This document shows, one piece after another, positions 1-13,125 of a DNA stretch of 64,000 nt. The DNA is from Octopus sinensis (Eukaryota): NCBI RefSeq assembly GCF_006345805.1, contig NC_042997.1:158596001-158660000 (forward strand), written 5' to 3'. Position 1 is the first letter of the stretch. Each line of letters starts with the position of its first letter. The notes under the pieces are model-generated. The model was not told the origin of the DNA. It did not search any database and was given only the letters and a program-made list of their open reading frames with translations. Both the position numbers and the translations under genes were made by a program.

Positions 1-781
1 CTAACGTGTTATTTTTACAGAGGCAGAAAGTGATTTCAGGTTGACATTTTGCGCAGGCTCATTGGCTCTTGTTTATAGATGCATTCATTACAAGCAAAAT
101 GATATCAGGTTTGTTTTGCTATTTTCATTTTTACTTTTAGCAAATAGAGTAACCTATAAACACAGTAACCGATATGACCTCCTTTAGAAAGTGGCATGCT
201 GCGGCCTGAGAGACATCTGGCAGCTATTTCTACCTGCCGAGCGATTTATGATGCTATAATGAGAATCTCCTTATTGGTTAGGTTCACTATTATTTTGCAC
301 ATATGTATGGTTGTATCATAGATGATCAGTGATATAAAGACCTGTTCATTCCCTTGCATACGACCAGGAGAGGCTTGCACATAAAAAATGTTCACTCATC
401 CAAATGCATATATGTATACATACAATTATCTATATCTCAAGAGTCATTTCTCAAATTTTTGACCACTTCAATTGCGTAGAATTATTAAGTTTATCAGTTA
501 ATGAAACCTTTCAGGATTGTCTGAGTTTATTTGTTGCCACCAATATTAAATATGTATCGATTTTTTGATCACCCACTTAAACATTTAGGTACCCTTCATA
601 CAAACTTATGCATTTATTTTCTTACTCAGCCACAAGGCATCCCCCACAAAACATAACAACGGTCCCACTCACATACACAGTCTACAATAATCGCCGGAGG
701 AAGGAACTAAGGGTACAGACACAGAACGCATCTACTGAATAAATTTGTTTAATATGCTTCTTAATATATATTTATTCTTTA

Positions 782-1200
782 AGGCGGCAAGCAAGTTGAA
801 CCGTTAACACGTCGGATAAAATGCTTAGCGGCATTTTGTCCTGCAATACGTGCTGGGTTTGAATTCCGCTTAGGCCGACTTTGCATTTTCACTATTTCTA
901 GGTTTATAAAATAAATACCAGTTCAACACTAGGGCCAATTTAATCGACGTATCTACTCTCGCGAATTTGCTAGCCTTGTGCTAATATTTCGAACCGTTGT
1001 GTATTTGTTAAGATTTAAAGCTACCAACTGGCAGAATCCTTTGAATGTTGGAGAAAAGGTTTAGCAGCATTTCGCCTGTCATTACTTTATGAGTTCAGAT
1101 TCCGCTGAGATCGACATTGCTTCTGATACTACGGATTCGATAAAATACATACCAATCTTTCAATACGGTCGATGTAATCGACTACTCTCCCCCTGACAAA
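782..1200 (+). mobile_element. Two degenerate tandem copies of tRNA-derived SINE family A (GGCGGCGAGCTGGCAGAA head)
   Basis: Matches the window's better copies: ggcggcaagc...gttaacacgtcggataaaatgcttagcggcatttt...gggtttgaattccgc...ccgactttgc...aaataaataccagtt (782-995); second copy about 1020-1200. Confidence 0.8.
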
Positions 1201-1289
1201 TTATTGTCTTCTCTTCGTCATATTAATTCCAATATTCAGTTATTGAGCTGTCCCTCAATACAAGCTCTTTAATTGTTGTATATTTACAT

Positions 1290-1370
1290 ATACGTGTGTC
1301 TAAGCATATTGATTATATATATATATTTATATGTGTGTGTGTGTTTGTGTGCGTGTATGCATGTATGAGC

Positions 1371-1437
<67 letters not shown>

Positions 1438-1568
1438 GTATATGTATTTGCATTTGTATGTATTTATACATATACGTATGTATATATGCATATACACACA
1501 GACATATATATATATATATATGTGTGTGTATACGTATATATATATATGCACTTGCATACACACATATA

Positions 1569-1649
<81 letters not shown>

Positions 1650-1700
1650 TCGCACACACACATATATATTTATATATGCATGTATGAAAGTATACATGCA
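1290..1700. repeat. Compound (TA)n/(GA)n/(CA)n microsatellite block
   Basis: Direct reading; source of the YIYI/ERER pseudo-ORFs. Confidence 0.97.
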
Positions 1701-2254
1701 TGAAATTATACATATTTATGTGATGCGCATGTGCGTATTTAGGTATTTGCGCCGTGCGTGCATTTAGGATTTTCTTAGTAAAAATTCGTGTCAACGTATG
1801 AATGAAAATATCTGGAAAAAAGAATATATATATATATATATATATATGTAAAAGAAATATACACGCAATGCGTTTTATGAAGAGAGGTATGCTTATGCAT
1901 ATGCAGTAGGCTTTGTAGGTTATGTTGAAAACATGACTAATCATGAGATTACACAATACAATTTCGTTTTTATGAAAATCATTTCAATACAGCTTTCACT
2001 CTATTTCGTAGCATTTTAATTTCAAATACGTGCAGCATTGTTATTGCGTTTTATCTTTATTTTTAAAGACATTTGCGCTGTCAAATTGAATAGAGAACTG
2101 GATTACAAGCATTATAGCTTGTAATTCTGCGATAGGGAGTGCCACTGAATTAATCACTTAGTGGGATGTGCTTGCTAAATAATTTTATTTCGAACTTGTT
2201 GCTAATATTCAGGATTAGCAAAAACCTTAGTGTCCATCAAACGCCTTGCACTAA

Positions 2255-2620
2255 GGCGGCGAGCTGGCAGAATCGTTAGCATGCCGTACAAAATGCTTAG
2301 CGGCATTTTGTCCGTCTTCACGTTTTGAGTTCAAATTCTTCCTTGGTCAACTTTGCATTTCATACTTCTGGGGTCGATAAAATAAGTACCAGTACGACTT
2401 GTTCTGTTACCCTAAATTCCTGGCTTGAAACTTAAAAACTAACATTTATATATAACAAAAGATGACAAGCTGGCAGAATCTTAGCACGTCGGACAATGCT
2501 AAGCGACATTTCGATCGTCTTTATTTTCTGAGTTGAAATTCTGCCGAGGTCGATAAGAGGCAGTCAAGCACTAGGGTCGATGTAATTGATTCGCCCCTCC
2601 CAAAGTTTAGGCTTTGTGCC
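2255..2620 (+). mobile_element. Two tandem SINE family A copies
   Basis: ggcggcgagctggcagaatcgttagcatg...gagttcaaattc...ggggtcgataaaataagtaccag (2255-2415); second copy 2465-2620. Confidence 0.9.
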
Positions 2621-2699
2621 TACATTAGTAAGGAATATTCATATATGGTTCTGTATGTTCTCTGTTCGAACCTTACCATTCATCCTTCCAGGGTCAAAC

Positions 2700-3250
2700 A
2701 TAAACATAGACATCGAGCACCAGGATCGAACTGAAAGTAGCACCACACTTAAGGTCTTGTGTCACCATAAGAAATCAATATTCAAATCGCCATTTTGTCC
2801 TATACTCAAAGAACAATAACATTAAAACCAAATAATATTCTGAGCCTTATACTGTCCGCTGTGTCATTCCTTAAAACATCAATCATTGAAACAATTCCAC
2901 AGAACCGAATATATTGATGTGTTATTATTGCATCGAGTGATAATATGGCTACGAATTTCAGGCATGTTCGGCGAATGTCTTCCACCAAGATTGAAGTCAA
3001 CAACATAGACATGAATGAAACTGAGGAGATGAAAACTGTTTAAATGCCTGTTATAATGACCATTGATGATTTGGGGGTTGTAACCTTGATTCCTCACCAT
3101 ATACACTACCACACCTAACCCGTGACTGACACTAGTAGAATGATCTCTATTGAAAGCATTCAAGCAAAATCACCTGCGAATTTTGTGTTGAGAATGAAAT
3201 TTTCCACAGACATTCCCCATGTGAAGATACATATGCAACGACAAACCTGC
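2700..3250 (-). mobile_element. Degenerate Penelope-like element, RT-thumb to GIY-YIG remnant
   Basis: Minus-strand translation gives MVRNQGYNPQII (cf. PLE NGYPxxxI), then in the same frame CFKE*HSGQYKAQNIIWF*CYCSLSIGQNGDLNIDFLW*HK (cf. KDxxxxxxxSNVVYxFxCxCxxxYIGxTxRxLxxRxxEH); multiple stops. Confidence 0.45.
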
Positions 3251-5019
3251 TGGAAAAATTTACTTTAATCGAGAGATGGGGAAAATAGTCGGCATAACTA
3301 ACCTGTAACAGTTTGAAGGTTAAGCATTTCAAATGTACGTGAACGCGAAGAAATAAGTCTGATGAGGAAACAAGATAGAGAAATACATAAAAAGCGACAA
3401 AATACAAACAACGAAGACAAACAATACAGTAAAATAATAAGAAAAACGAGGAAAACAATTTAGCAATAACATTCAAATTTAGCAATCACATCTACGCTAC
3501 ATTTACATGTACTTTTACATTTATCCGTTAGATTCATTTATAGACTATAAAAGCAATCTGATACCATCTAATGAGACTAAATCGTTACAGACCTAAATTA
3601 TAACATTTTCAGTATGTTTCTAATGTGACAACAAATGATTTCCAATAATATAGTTACAAATCCTATTGTTGAAACATATTTCGCGCAATCAAGCAGTTGT
3701 GAAAATCATCAGAATCTGGTCTAGTAATAACTATATGTCTGTATCCATCCATTCATTTATATAGATATTTGTATACATCAATAGCAGACGCTAGTGCATG
3801 CATCTGTGTCTCATGTGAATGCAAATGCATATATATGTGTGTGTGTGCGTGAGTACACGTTTGTGTGTGCGTGAGTACACGTTTGTGTGTAAGTAGACAT
3901 TTTTTGTATGTATGTGTATGCGTTTATATTTAACAGTTTTAACCGAATCTATAACTTGACTTCATATAACTATACTTCCTTTACTTCACTTCATATTGAG
4001 CACCATTTCCCCAATGTCACTGGCCCACAATCAAGGTTTAGTTGTAATAAATTATAGTGAACTATGTTAGCAATTACGTCCCTCTGTGAAGGAATGTTTG
4101 TATGTCTGTTTTCTTGTTGGTGGGTTTCAAATAATGTACACTTCTTTGATACTTAACGCTTAATGCATGATAGAAACATGAAATTTTAGGGACGTTTCCA
4201 TCATGTCTCAAATATGGTTTATAACAACAGCCTTATTTTCGTATTTGGTAGTGTAATACGTAAACATTTCCACAAAATAGTATTTACTGATACCTTAAGG
4301 AAAAAAGAACAAGCTCGGAGCATTGTCAGAATGCCAATATATACTTATATAGAAGTGTTTATCTTAGTTTTAGTAAGATTATTAGAGCCTTCCTGAAAGT
4401 TATGAGGGAAAAAAGTCAGATCATGTGAATTTTCCGAATGCCCTCTCTCTACCCACTCGGGAAAATTCTTTCCAATAAATCCTTATATGCTCTGAAGTCA
4501 CAACACCTAAGCGGTATTTGTAGAACATTTTGTTAAAAAGTATCCATTTTTCTGGATTTTGTGAGACAACAAAGGGGGTGGGCGTATAGATCTGTAGTAA
4601 TGTCCTTTTATTTATACGATTTTTTCATTTGATATTTATTTCATTCATTGTTTGCAATGTTCTCTCTCCTCCTTTCTCCCGCTCTTTCTCTCTCTCCCTC
4701 ACACACACACGATACAAAGTTTACAGATTGGGTGCTGAACTGAAATCTCTATGCTGCTTTGGGGAGAAGGTAAATCTTGACAAACTCCTTCTCCATCTAT
4801 TGTTGGACTACCGTGATGTTTGTTTTAAAAACAGAGATTATGATTGTGATAAAATAATGCAAGCAATATTTACTAAGCAAGTGGGCACTATAATAGAAAG
4901 AAATAATTAGACGTAAAATATAAAAACCGGAAATCAAATGTGAAAATATTACCTAGGCGCTAGCAGAAAACCGCCCAGTGGGTGTTCTTTCTGCTAGTAA
5001 TTCTAATAAGCCTTGCTCT

Positions 5020-5735
5020 TATAGGCACAAGGCCTCTAATTTGTGGGGAAGCGGTTAGTTGATTACACATGATCTCGGTGTCCAACTGGTATTTATTTTG
5101 TCGATTCCGAAGGACCAAATGACAAATTCGACCTCGGCGGAATTTGTACACTAAACATGAAAACGGACGAAATACTGCTACGTATTTTATCTGGAGCCCT
5201 AATGATTCAGCCAGTTCACCGCTTTAATAATTACAATAACAATAACAAAGTAAATGAATATGATTACAACACCAGTAATACAAAGCATTATAACAGTAGT
5301 GATAATAATAATAATATTGGTTTCATATTCTGGCCCAAGGCAGCACAAGACTAGTGGGTAAGTCTATTACATTGACTCCAATATTAAATAGGTGCTTATT
5401 TTACCGAATTTGAAAGGGTCTTTGGCAAATTCGACCACGGCGGAATATGAACTCAGACGGACAAAATATCACTCAGTATTTCGCCCGGCGTGCTAACAAT
5501 TCGGCCAGTTTGACGCTTTATATAATAATGATAATAATAGTGGTTTTAAATTTTGCCTCAAGGGAAGCAATTCTGGGGGATGGGACGAGTCGATTACAGT
5601 GTTCAACTGGTACTTATTTTATCCACTCTGAAAGGATCAAAGGCAAAGTGGACCTCGTTGGCATTTGAACTTAGAATGTGAAGACGAAGGAAATGCCGCT
5701 AAGGCTTTGCCAGGCGTGCTAACGATGCTGCCAAT
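5020..5735 (-). mobile_element. Three tandem SINE family A copies (minus strand)
   Basis: Reverse complements of the SINE-A core (aaattcgacctcggcggaatttg; ggcaaagtggacctcgttggcatttgaactt) at about 5020-5200, 5335-5515, 5545-5735. Confidence 0.88.
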
Positions 5736-5862
5736 TCTCTGCATTCGCTGCCTTTAGAGAAATGATGAAATTAACACGAGTAATAACGATAGAAACAACA
5801 AAAGTGATATTAATTGATGATAACGATAATGATGACGATTTTGATAATGATAGAACAATGGT

Positions 5863-5895
<33 letters not shown>

Positions 5896-7376
5896 AGGAG
5901 ACCAGTAACTGTCATTAAATATGGTTGAGTGTGTTATAAACGCTTACATTGCTAGAAATAAGTCTGTGTGTTTGTATGTGTGTGTGTGTGTGTACCAAGT
6001 TAAATATTATCTATTATGTGTAGGTCAAGTTCAGATAATACAATATAATGTCATAATATCGACAAAATTAATACTAATATCAGTATTTCTGATAATGATA
6101 TATATTAATGTGAGGCGATAGTGTAGATATATGATAATAACACTAAGGAAGTTTAATTCGAAAAGTTACCAGAAATTTTAAAATATGCTATTTAGCAACT
6201 TATGGGATTAATGTTGACTTGCAGAAGGCATTTCAGACTCCCTTCTCTGGCTATCATCCTATAAATATTATAAAATATTGTAGTTACAGTTTTATTCCCT
6301 ATATTGACCCACACCAGCAAAATGGGTCTCAGATAAGGCGTCGATGATCATTTTTTGCTTAGCATGTTGGATAAAGATAAAGTGCTTTTTTCTTACACTC
6401 CAGTGGCCTATCTGAAAATCCGACATGCAAGTTTTGAGAGTTGCTTGATGACAACCTGAAGCTCAGCAGCCTTTCCATGAAACCTTATGCTAGACCAAGC
6501 CTACGAGCTCGAATCTCACGAAACTGTTTGGCGACTTATAATATTTTGAGTGTTACATATTTCGTAAAGTCGATGTTGTGAAAGCATGTATCCTTAAAGG
6601 CATCACTAGCCATATAATGTTAAGATACTCCAATATAATTGAATGGGCGGTCTCAGTTAATAGGTAATACGTATTCAAGTGTGAGAATGAAAATTTTCAT
6701 AATAAAATGAAGATGTTGTTTGAAAGTTCCACACTTGTCCATACGTAAAATCAAACATCGAAGCAAATACTAAGACGATTGTGCATTACAAGTAATAGTA
6801 GCATATTAAAGATTATATCACCTACCAGGTTCTTTATTCAAAGTCACCCCCTCCCAGACAACTGCTATCAACAAAATTAAGAGTACATGTTACACACGTT
6901 TTCAGTGCTTCGCTTTACAGGTTTGAATATTTCTACGTTTCTGCGCACAATACGTGGATAACCGTTTGCCCATACATTGTTTGTTTTCTGCCATATCTTT
7001 ACACCGTAGACATTATGGAAGATGATAGGCGTGGGTAAGAGCAGAAAGTTCTTCCGAAGCGATGACGTACGAAAAGTGAATTTAAAACGAGAAAAAAAAT
7101 CATACAGATGCAAGGAAGAAATGTGGAGCAATATAGTACATGAATACAAAGGCCTTAAAACAAAGTTCTTAATAAAATCGTTACATAAAAATATGCTTTG
7201 TCTATGAGGCATAGATTTGGCTCAATATAGTCAGGAGGTCATTGTCTGGTCGATACCAGATGCATAAGCAAAATTTGAAAGATAGAGAAATCAAGAAATG
7301 TATACAGGGGCGAGAGGAAATTCAAACACACACACATATACATTATACACACATTATACACACACATACACATATA

Positions 7377-7453
<77 letters not shown>

Positions 7454-7458
7454 AGTAT

Positions 7459-7685
7459 ACTCTTTTATTCTTTTACTTGTTTCACTCAATTTACTCCAGC
7501 CATGCTGGGGCATCGACTTAAAGAATTTGTAATCGAAGAAATCGACCCCAGAACTTATTCTTTGTAAGCCTTAGTACTTGTTCTATCATTCCCATTTGCC
7601 AACCCGATAAGTTGCGGTCACATAAACTCAGCAACATCGATTGTCAAGCAATGATTAGATTGGGGACAAACACAAACACACACAC
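7459..7685 (-). mobile_element. SINE family B, 3' half
   Basis: actcttttattcttttacttgtttcact...ccagccatgctggggcatcgacttaag...gaccccagaacttattc matches the reverse complement of the tail of the full copy at 29383-29785. Confidence 0.85.
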
Positions 7686-7696
7686 CTAAACATATA

Positions 7697-8967
7697 TCAG
7701 GTCATCCCATAAGTTCTGTCCGATTTTACCTTTTTTTAAATTGAATGAAATTTAATAGTATTTTAGAATGTCTAATGGAATTAAAAACTATTTTCATGCA
7801 TTTGTGTACATTTGAACTAATTAAATATTATTTTACAGAATAATAGAATTCAAATTTCTTTGATTAAAACCCTTTCTAACATGAAAGTAACCAAAGAGCA
7901 TTTAGGGCACGTAATGCTTTATGAGTACAAATAAGGAAACTCTGTAACCGAAGCGACTCGAATCATACACTCAGTTTATGGAAAAGAATGCTTGGATGAA
8001 AGATGGCTTGCAAAATTCAGAAGCGGAGATTTCAGCCTTGAAGATGAAGATCGAACAGGACGCCCAGTTCAGTTTGATGATAAGCTTCTTGAGGCATTAC
8101 TTGAAGAAAATCCTGCATTATCAATTGAAGAATTGGCAATAAAGCTTAGTTCAAACCATACAAGTGTTCATCGTCATCTTCAACAACTTGGAAAGGTTCC
8201 TAAACTTGGAAAATGAGTGCCTCATGAATTGTTCAAAAGCAACCACAAATCCCAAGTTGACATCTGCTCTTCTCTCCATTCTCGCGAACTCATTTCACCC
8301 TTTTTTGATAGACTTGTGACTGGTGACGAAAAATGCATCTCCTATCGCAATATTAAACGTCGTAAACAGTGGCTTGGTAAAAGGGAAACAGCTCAATTTC
8401 AACCGGGAAGGGAACTTCATGGAAAAAAGGTTCTTCTCTCTACCTGGTGGGATTGCAAAGGAGTAATTAACTTTGAATTGTTACCACCTAATGCAACAAT
8501 CAATGCTTAAGTCTACTGTAAACAATTAGAGCGTTTGAACCAAGCTTCGAAGAAAAGAAGACCCGCTTTAGTGAATCGAAATAGAGTGATGTTTCATCAG
8601 GACAATGCGCGACCCTACACTACAAAGATCACATTACAAAAGATCGAAGAGCGTGGTTGGGAGAATTTTCCTCATCTACCTTATTCTCCCGACCTTGCTT
8701 CTTCAGATTATTATTTGTTTTGTAGTTTACAGAATCATTTGGGTGACATAAATTTCGCAAACCAGGAGGAGGTCGAAACTGACATTTCAGAGTTCTTTGA
8801 AACCAAAAGAGTTTTACATTGATGGGATTAAAAAGCTTATAAATATATGGCAGGAAGTCATAGATAATCAGGGAAAGTACATTGACTATTACATTTCAAT
8901 TAAATATTAACATTTGACACTTGTTTTCTTTATTCAAGATCTGTACAGAACTTATGGGATGACATGT
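7697..8967 (+). mobile_element. Full-length dead mariner transposon (about 1.27 kb)
   Basis: TIRs tcaggtcatcccataagttctgtccgat / atctgtacagaacttatgggatgacatgt; 5' TA flank and (TA)n just 3'; internal DD34D transposase remnant. Confidence 0.95.
7881..8822 (+). pseudogene. Mariner transposase pseudogene
   Basis: MKVTKEHLGHVMLYEYK*...DEDRTGRP...K*VPHEL...VTGDEK...WWDCKG...FHQDNARP...YSPDLASSDYYLF; canonical mariner motifs with in-frame stops. Confidence 0.95.
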
Positions 8968-8999
8968 CATATATATATATATATATATATATATTAAAT

Positions 9000-9200
9000 G
9001 TGACCGCGTGTGTACCGTTGGCGATTTATTTTCCTCTGTCTTCCCTTCTCTGGATCTTTCCTTCTCCTATGTTTCCGACGAAGAGCTCCGCTCGAAACAT
9101 TAAACCCTCCTTCTTTCCTTCTTTCCTGAGCGTCCAATAATACTATATTTGTTCCACGTCCTCGCGTTGTTGTGTTTTTTGTGCTTTCTTGTTTGGATTA
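9000..9200 (+). mobile_element. Non-coding PLE-type terminal repeat carrying an HHR motif
   Basis: Pyrimidine-rich unit bounded by (TA)n on both sides, with central gaagagctccgctcgaaac hairpin/GAAA motif. Confidence 0.6.
9071..9105 (+). ncRNA. Degenerate minimal type-I hammerhead motif (core CCGACGA)
   Basis: gttt-CCGACGA-a-gagc(tcc)gctc-GAAA-CATT-aaac: stem I gttt/aaac, stem II gagc/gctc; U4C and a probable CpG-decay G16.2A. Confidence 0.55.
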
Positions 9201-9254
<54 letters not shown>

Positions 9255-9413
9255 TATTAGGGAATAAATCCAAACTTACAGGGAAAAATCTTTATCTTTT
9301 ATTAAACTTTTAATACTTTGATATATATTTAAAATAATATATATTAATTAATTTAATGTATTGGCTTATGTTTTTCATTGTTTGATTTGCCGAATAGTGG
9401 TTTTATCTCTAAT

Positions 9414-9478
<65 letters not shown>

Positions 9479-9494
9479 ATATGTATGTATGTAT

Positions 9495-9615
9495 ATATAC
9501 CTAAAAGGTTTTACTCGCCCCGAGGCTCTGGTAGAAGACGCTTGCCCAAGGTGCCACACAATGGGACTGAACACGGAATCATGCGGTTGGGAAGTAAGCC
9601 TCTTGCCACATAACC
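9495..9615 (-). mobile_element. SINE family B, 5' part
   Basis: cccgaggctctggtagaagacgcttgcccaaggtgccacacaatgggactgaacacggaatc matches the SINE-B head in reverse. Confidence 0.85.
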
Positions 9616-9840
9616 AGGAAATATTTAAATAGGTTTCTCTGTATGTACATATGTATGCGAATTTATATTTGTTTCTGTGTATATGAATTTGCCTATGTAG
9701 TTGTCTCTGATAATTTGTTTGAAAACAAGGCGTTGCTTTGCACATTAGAAAGTCAAATGTTGAACAAAAACAGTCGATAGAATAAGTAATCTTCCTAAGC
9801 GATATTTCCAATATATACTACATGCAATTTATATACTACA

Positions 9841-10262
9841 TGTAATTTATATATACTAATTGTAATTTATCTATAATACGTATAATATATTAAGTATACA
9901 CAGGAATAATATGCATACATATATATGCACACCGACACATACACGCGCACACACATATGCATGCGCGTGCAATTGTACATACACACACACAAACACACAC
10001 ACACATACATACATATGTAATTTATATATACTTTATATATAATTTATATATACACACACACAAACACACACACACATACATACATATGTAATTTATATAT
10101 ACTAATTGTAATTTATCTATAATACGTATAATATATTAAGTATACACAGGAATAATATGCATACATATATATGCACACCGACACATACACGCGCACACAC
10201 ATATGCATGCGCGTGCAATTGTACATACACACACACAAACACACACACACATACATACATAT
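9841..10262. repeat. Near-identical local duplication (about 175 bp, offset 246 bp)
   Basis: tgtaatttatatatactaattgtaatttatctataatacg...gcgtgcaattgtacatac at 9841 and 10087. Confidence 0.9.
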
Positions 10263-11098
10263 ATATATATGTGTGTGTGTGTGTGTATGTATGTGTGTGT
10301 GCATGTATATGAAAATGATGTACATAATATTTTTACGATTGACTACCTTCATGTCAGATTTTTGCTGCGATATGAGAAATTATGAATTGTTCCATACGAG
10401 TAGTTTGCAACGAACTTCAGGGCATCCGAGAGGGCATTGCCCTACTTGTACAATCTTTCTAATTGCAGTAATAAAATATGCATAATGTTGGCTTTAGAAA
10501 AATCTCAACATTAAACTGGTCAACCGGATCTATGGTCGTCTCCTCATTTTTCCGAATATTAAATTGATTTCGATATTAAAACTCATTTTTAAGAGTAGTA
10601 TGTACGTGCGTGTATAAATAAAATAGACTCTCACGTCCTTCTTTACTGATCATGTAAAACTGATATGGAAGTTATTTTTGCTGATGTTTGCTGGAAATTT
10701 TATGATAGGTTATTGATGATTTTGTCCTATTTATCACCAATTATGCAAAACTATATCATTTTAACTCAACAGAACTACATAATTTATTTATACGCTGTAA
10801 GTTGCATTTTATGTATTTCCCGTGCAACACTTAGTTACTGATGCGTGTGAGCCTATAGTCTATAACGTAAATAGAGACATGAAATGTATGAGTATTGGGG
10901 ATGATTGAATATCTCGTGTATCTAAGTTTTGGTAATCGGGTAAAATTTTACGAGAAAGAATAACATTTGTCACGTTCCGCCGTTTCTTTCTTATCGTAGT
11001 TTTCTTCAAGATTTGACCAGATTTTCCATGTATATGCTATCTCCCACCTCTTTCTCTCTCTCTTTCTCTTTTTCACACACACACACACTATATATATA

Positions 11099-11171
<73 letters not shown>

Positions 11172-11559
11172 TATCTTTATCTTCCGTTTTCTTTTTTTAA
11201 TCTCCTCTTCATTTCTTTCATTCTCTTCCTTTTTCCTTTTTAATCTCTTTTATTTACTTATGTCTCCATCACTTCCTCCTTCCTCGTTTTCTCACTTCTC
11301 TCCTTTCTCTCTTGTACCTAGAATGGTTTCTTTTTGTTCTTTCCCTTTCTCTTTATTTCCCTCCCATGCATCATCATCCACCCAACAGTTATCTGTAAAT
11401 TGATACAGTAAAGTTTTTCCGGATGATCTGTTGCATTTGGAACATCTATCGTAGAGCTTCACACGACTATAATGCTGAAATGGCCGTAAGAACTTGAATA
11501 GAAACTTGTGTTCATTCTTATGCTTCCGTTCTCTCTCTCTCTCTCTCTCTGTCTTTCTC

Positions 11560-11595
<36 letters not shown>

Positions 11596-11894
11596 ATCTG
11601 TGTGTATATATATATATTATGCAAGAAATATATAATATATATATATTATGCAAGAAAGCGAATTGCTCTTTCTGTTTCTATTATTCATCTTGTTATATAT
11701 ATAATCGATGAATATTCACGAATTTCTGGGTCTATATTCAGAAAAATGATCGATCTGACAGTAAAATAGCATGTGTTAGCTAATACCTGTAGACGAGCTT
11801 TCTAAAGTATAATACAAGATTTTATACCCAAAATAAATGGCATGTATACATATATACATAAATATATACATACGTGTGTGTGAGCTATCTCGAA

Positions 11895-12039
11895 TATAAC
11901 CAGCCAAAATTGCAAAGATAATCTGGAACTCGACTGAGGAAAGAAAACTTCGAATGACCCGTCCGTAATTTTTCTTGTCCCTCTTTTGTATCATCTGTCT
12001 GGATGTGTTGCGTATTTGTCTCATTTTTTGTGTATTCCT

Positions 12040-12095
<56 letters not shown>

Positions 12096-12805
12096 TGAGA
12101 GATTTTGTACGACTCTCTTATTCATTCCTTCTTTCTTTCTATCAGCCCCTTTACACATACTTCGTTCTTTCCACTCTTCTTTCTTTCGCTCTCCCTCTGA
12201 CATTTCTTGGCTTTCTATTCATTCTTACCTCCCCCTCCTCTACTTTACTCTCTCATTTTTTCCTGGTTCCTCCCTAATTCTTCTGTCCCTCTGATTCTAC
12301 TCCTCTTCTCACTCCCCACGTCAACCGGTGTTCGGCCAAGCCTGACATTTATTTCTTGGTTTGACTGCCATCCATGCAACATCTATATTCCTTCCTATGC
12401 CTGTCATCTCTTCACTTTCAAACACGTCAGCTTAATTTAATCCATCCTAAGTCGAAAGACACCTGTTGTTATGTTCTGTTATTTGCATTTGTATTTGTGT
12501 ACCCTTTCTCCGTTTCTTTTTTTCCGTCCTTGTTTTCGTATATATTCGCTGCTTTCTTCCAATGAATCTAATGCTCTTAGCTTAGTTTTTCCTTGGACTA
12601 GCCAGATTGGAGCAATCTCTAGTATAACCAGCCGAAATTGCAAAGATAATCTGGAATTCGACTGAGGAAAGAAAACTTCGAATGACCCGTCCGTGCTTTT
12701 TCATCTCCCTCTTTTGTATCATCTGTCTGGATGTTTTGTTGTCCCTTTTTTTGTATCATCTAGCGGTCTGGATGTTTTGCGTTCTTGTCCCATTTTTTGC
12801 ATTGC
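11895..12805 (+). mobile_element. Partial-tandem PLE-type repeat (direct repeats at 11895 and 12623, offset 728)
   Basis: tataaccagcc[a/g]aaattgcaaagataatctggaa[c/t]tcgactgaggaaagaaaacttcgaatgacccgtccgt...gtatcatctgtctggatgt occurs twice; contains a CTGAGGA-hairpin-GAA...GTC HHR-like motif. Confidence 0.55.
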
Positions 12806-12943
12806 TTTATATATATATATATAATAGTGGTTTTATCTCTAATTTAATATAATATAATATTTTACTATAAAATTGGATTCAATCCTAAATCTGATTTTTC
12901 CCTGTAAGTTTGGATTTATTCCCTAATATTTTATTATATATAT

Positions 12944-12987
<44 letters not shown>

Positions 12988-12989
12988 GG

Positions 12990-13125
12990 TGTTATGAAGA
13001 GTATTGAACCCTAAAAACCCTGCCAAAGCAGACAGTGAAGCCTGTGCCGACTTCTGCCAAGCCAGAACCTCTCAAACCGTCCAACCCATCCCAACCGGGA
13101 AAAATAGACATTAAATGATGATGAC
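12990..13125 (+). mobile_element. Probable 3' tail of an RTE-type LINE
   Basis: aaccgtccaacccatcccaaccgggaaaaatagacattaaatgatgatga, ending in the (TGA)n tail typical of RTE-clade 3' ends. Confidence 0.45.

Noticed and set aside
1296-1956. Long YIYI/CVCV/HTHT/ERER ORFs here and throughout the ORF track
   Set aside because: They are translations of dinucleotide microsatellites with no coding signal.
3355-3375. CTGATGA-G-GAAAC resembling a hammerhead core
   Set aside because: No stem II and no stem I/III partners.
6330-6850. Possible CR1/L2 RT C-terminal remnant on the minus strand
   Set aside because: Only vague motif similarity by eye; not enough to call.
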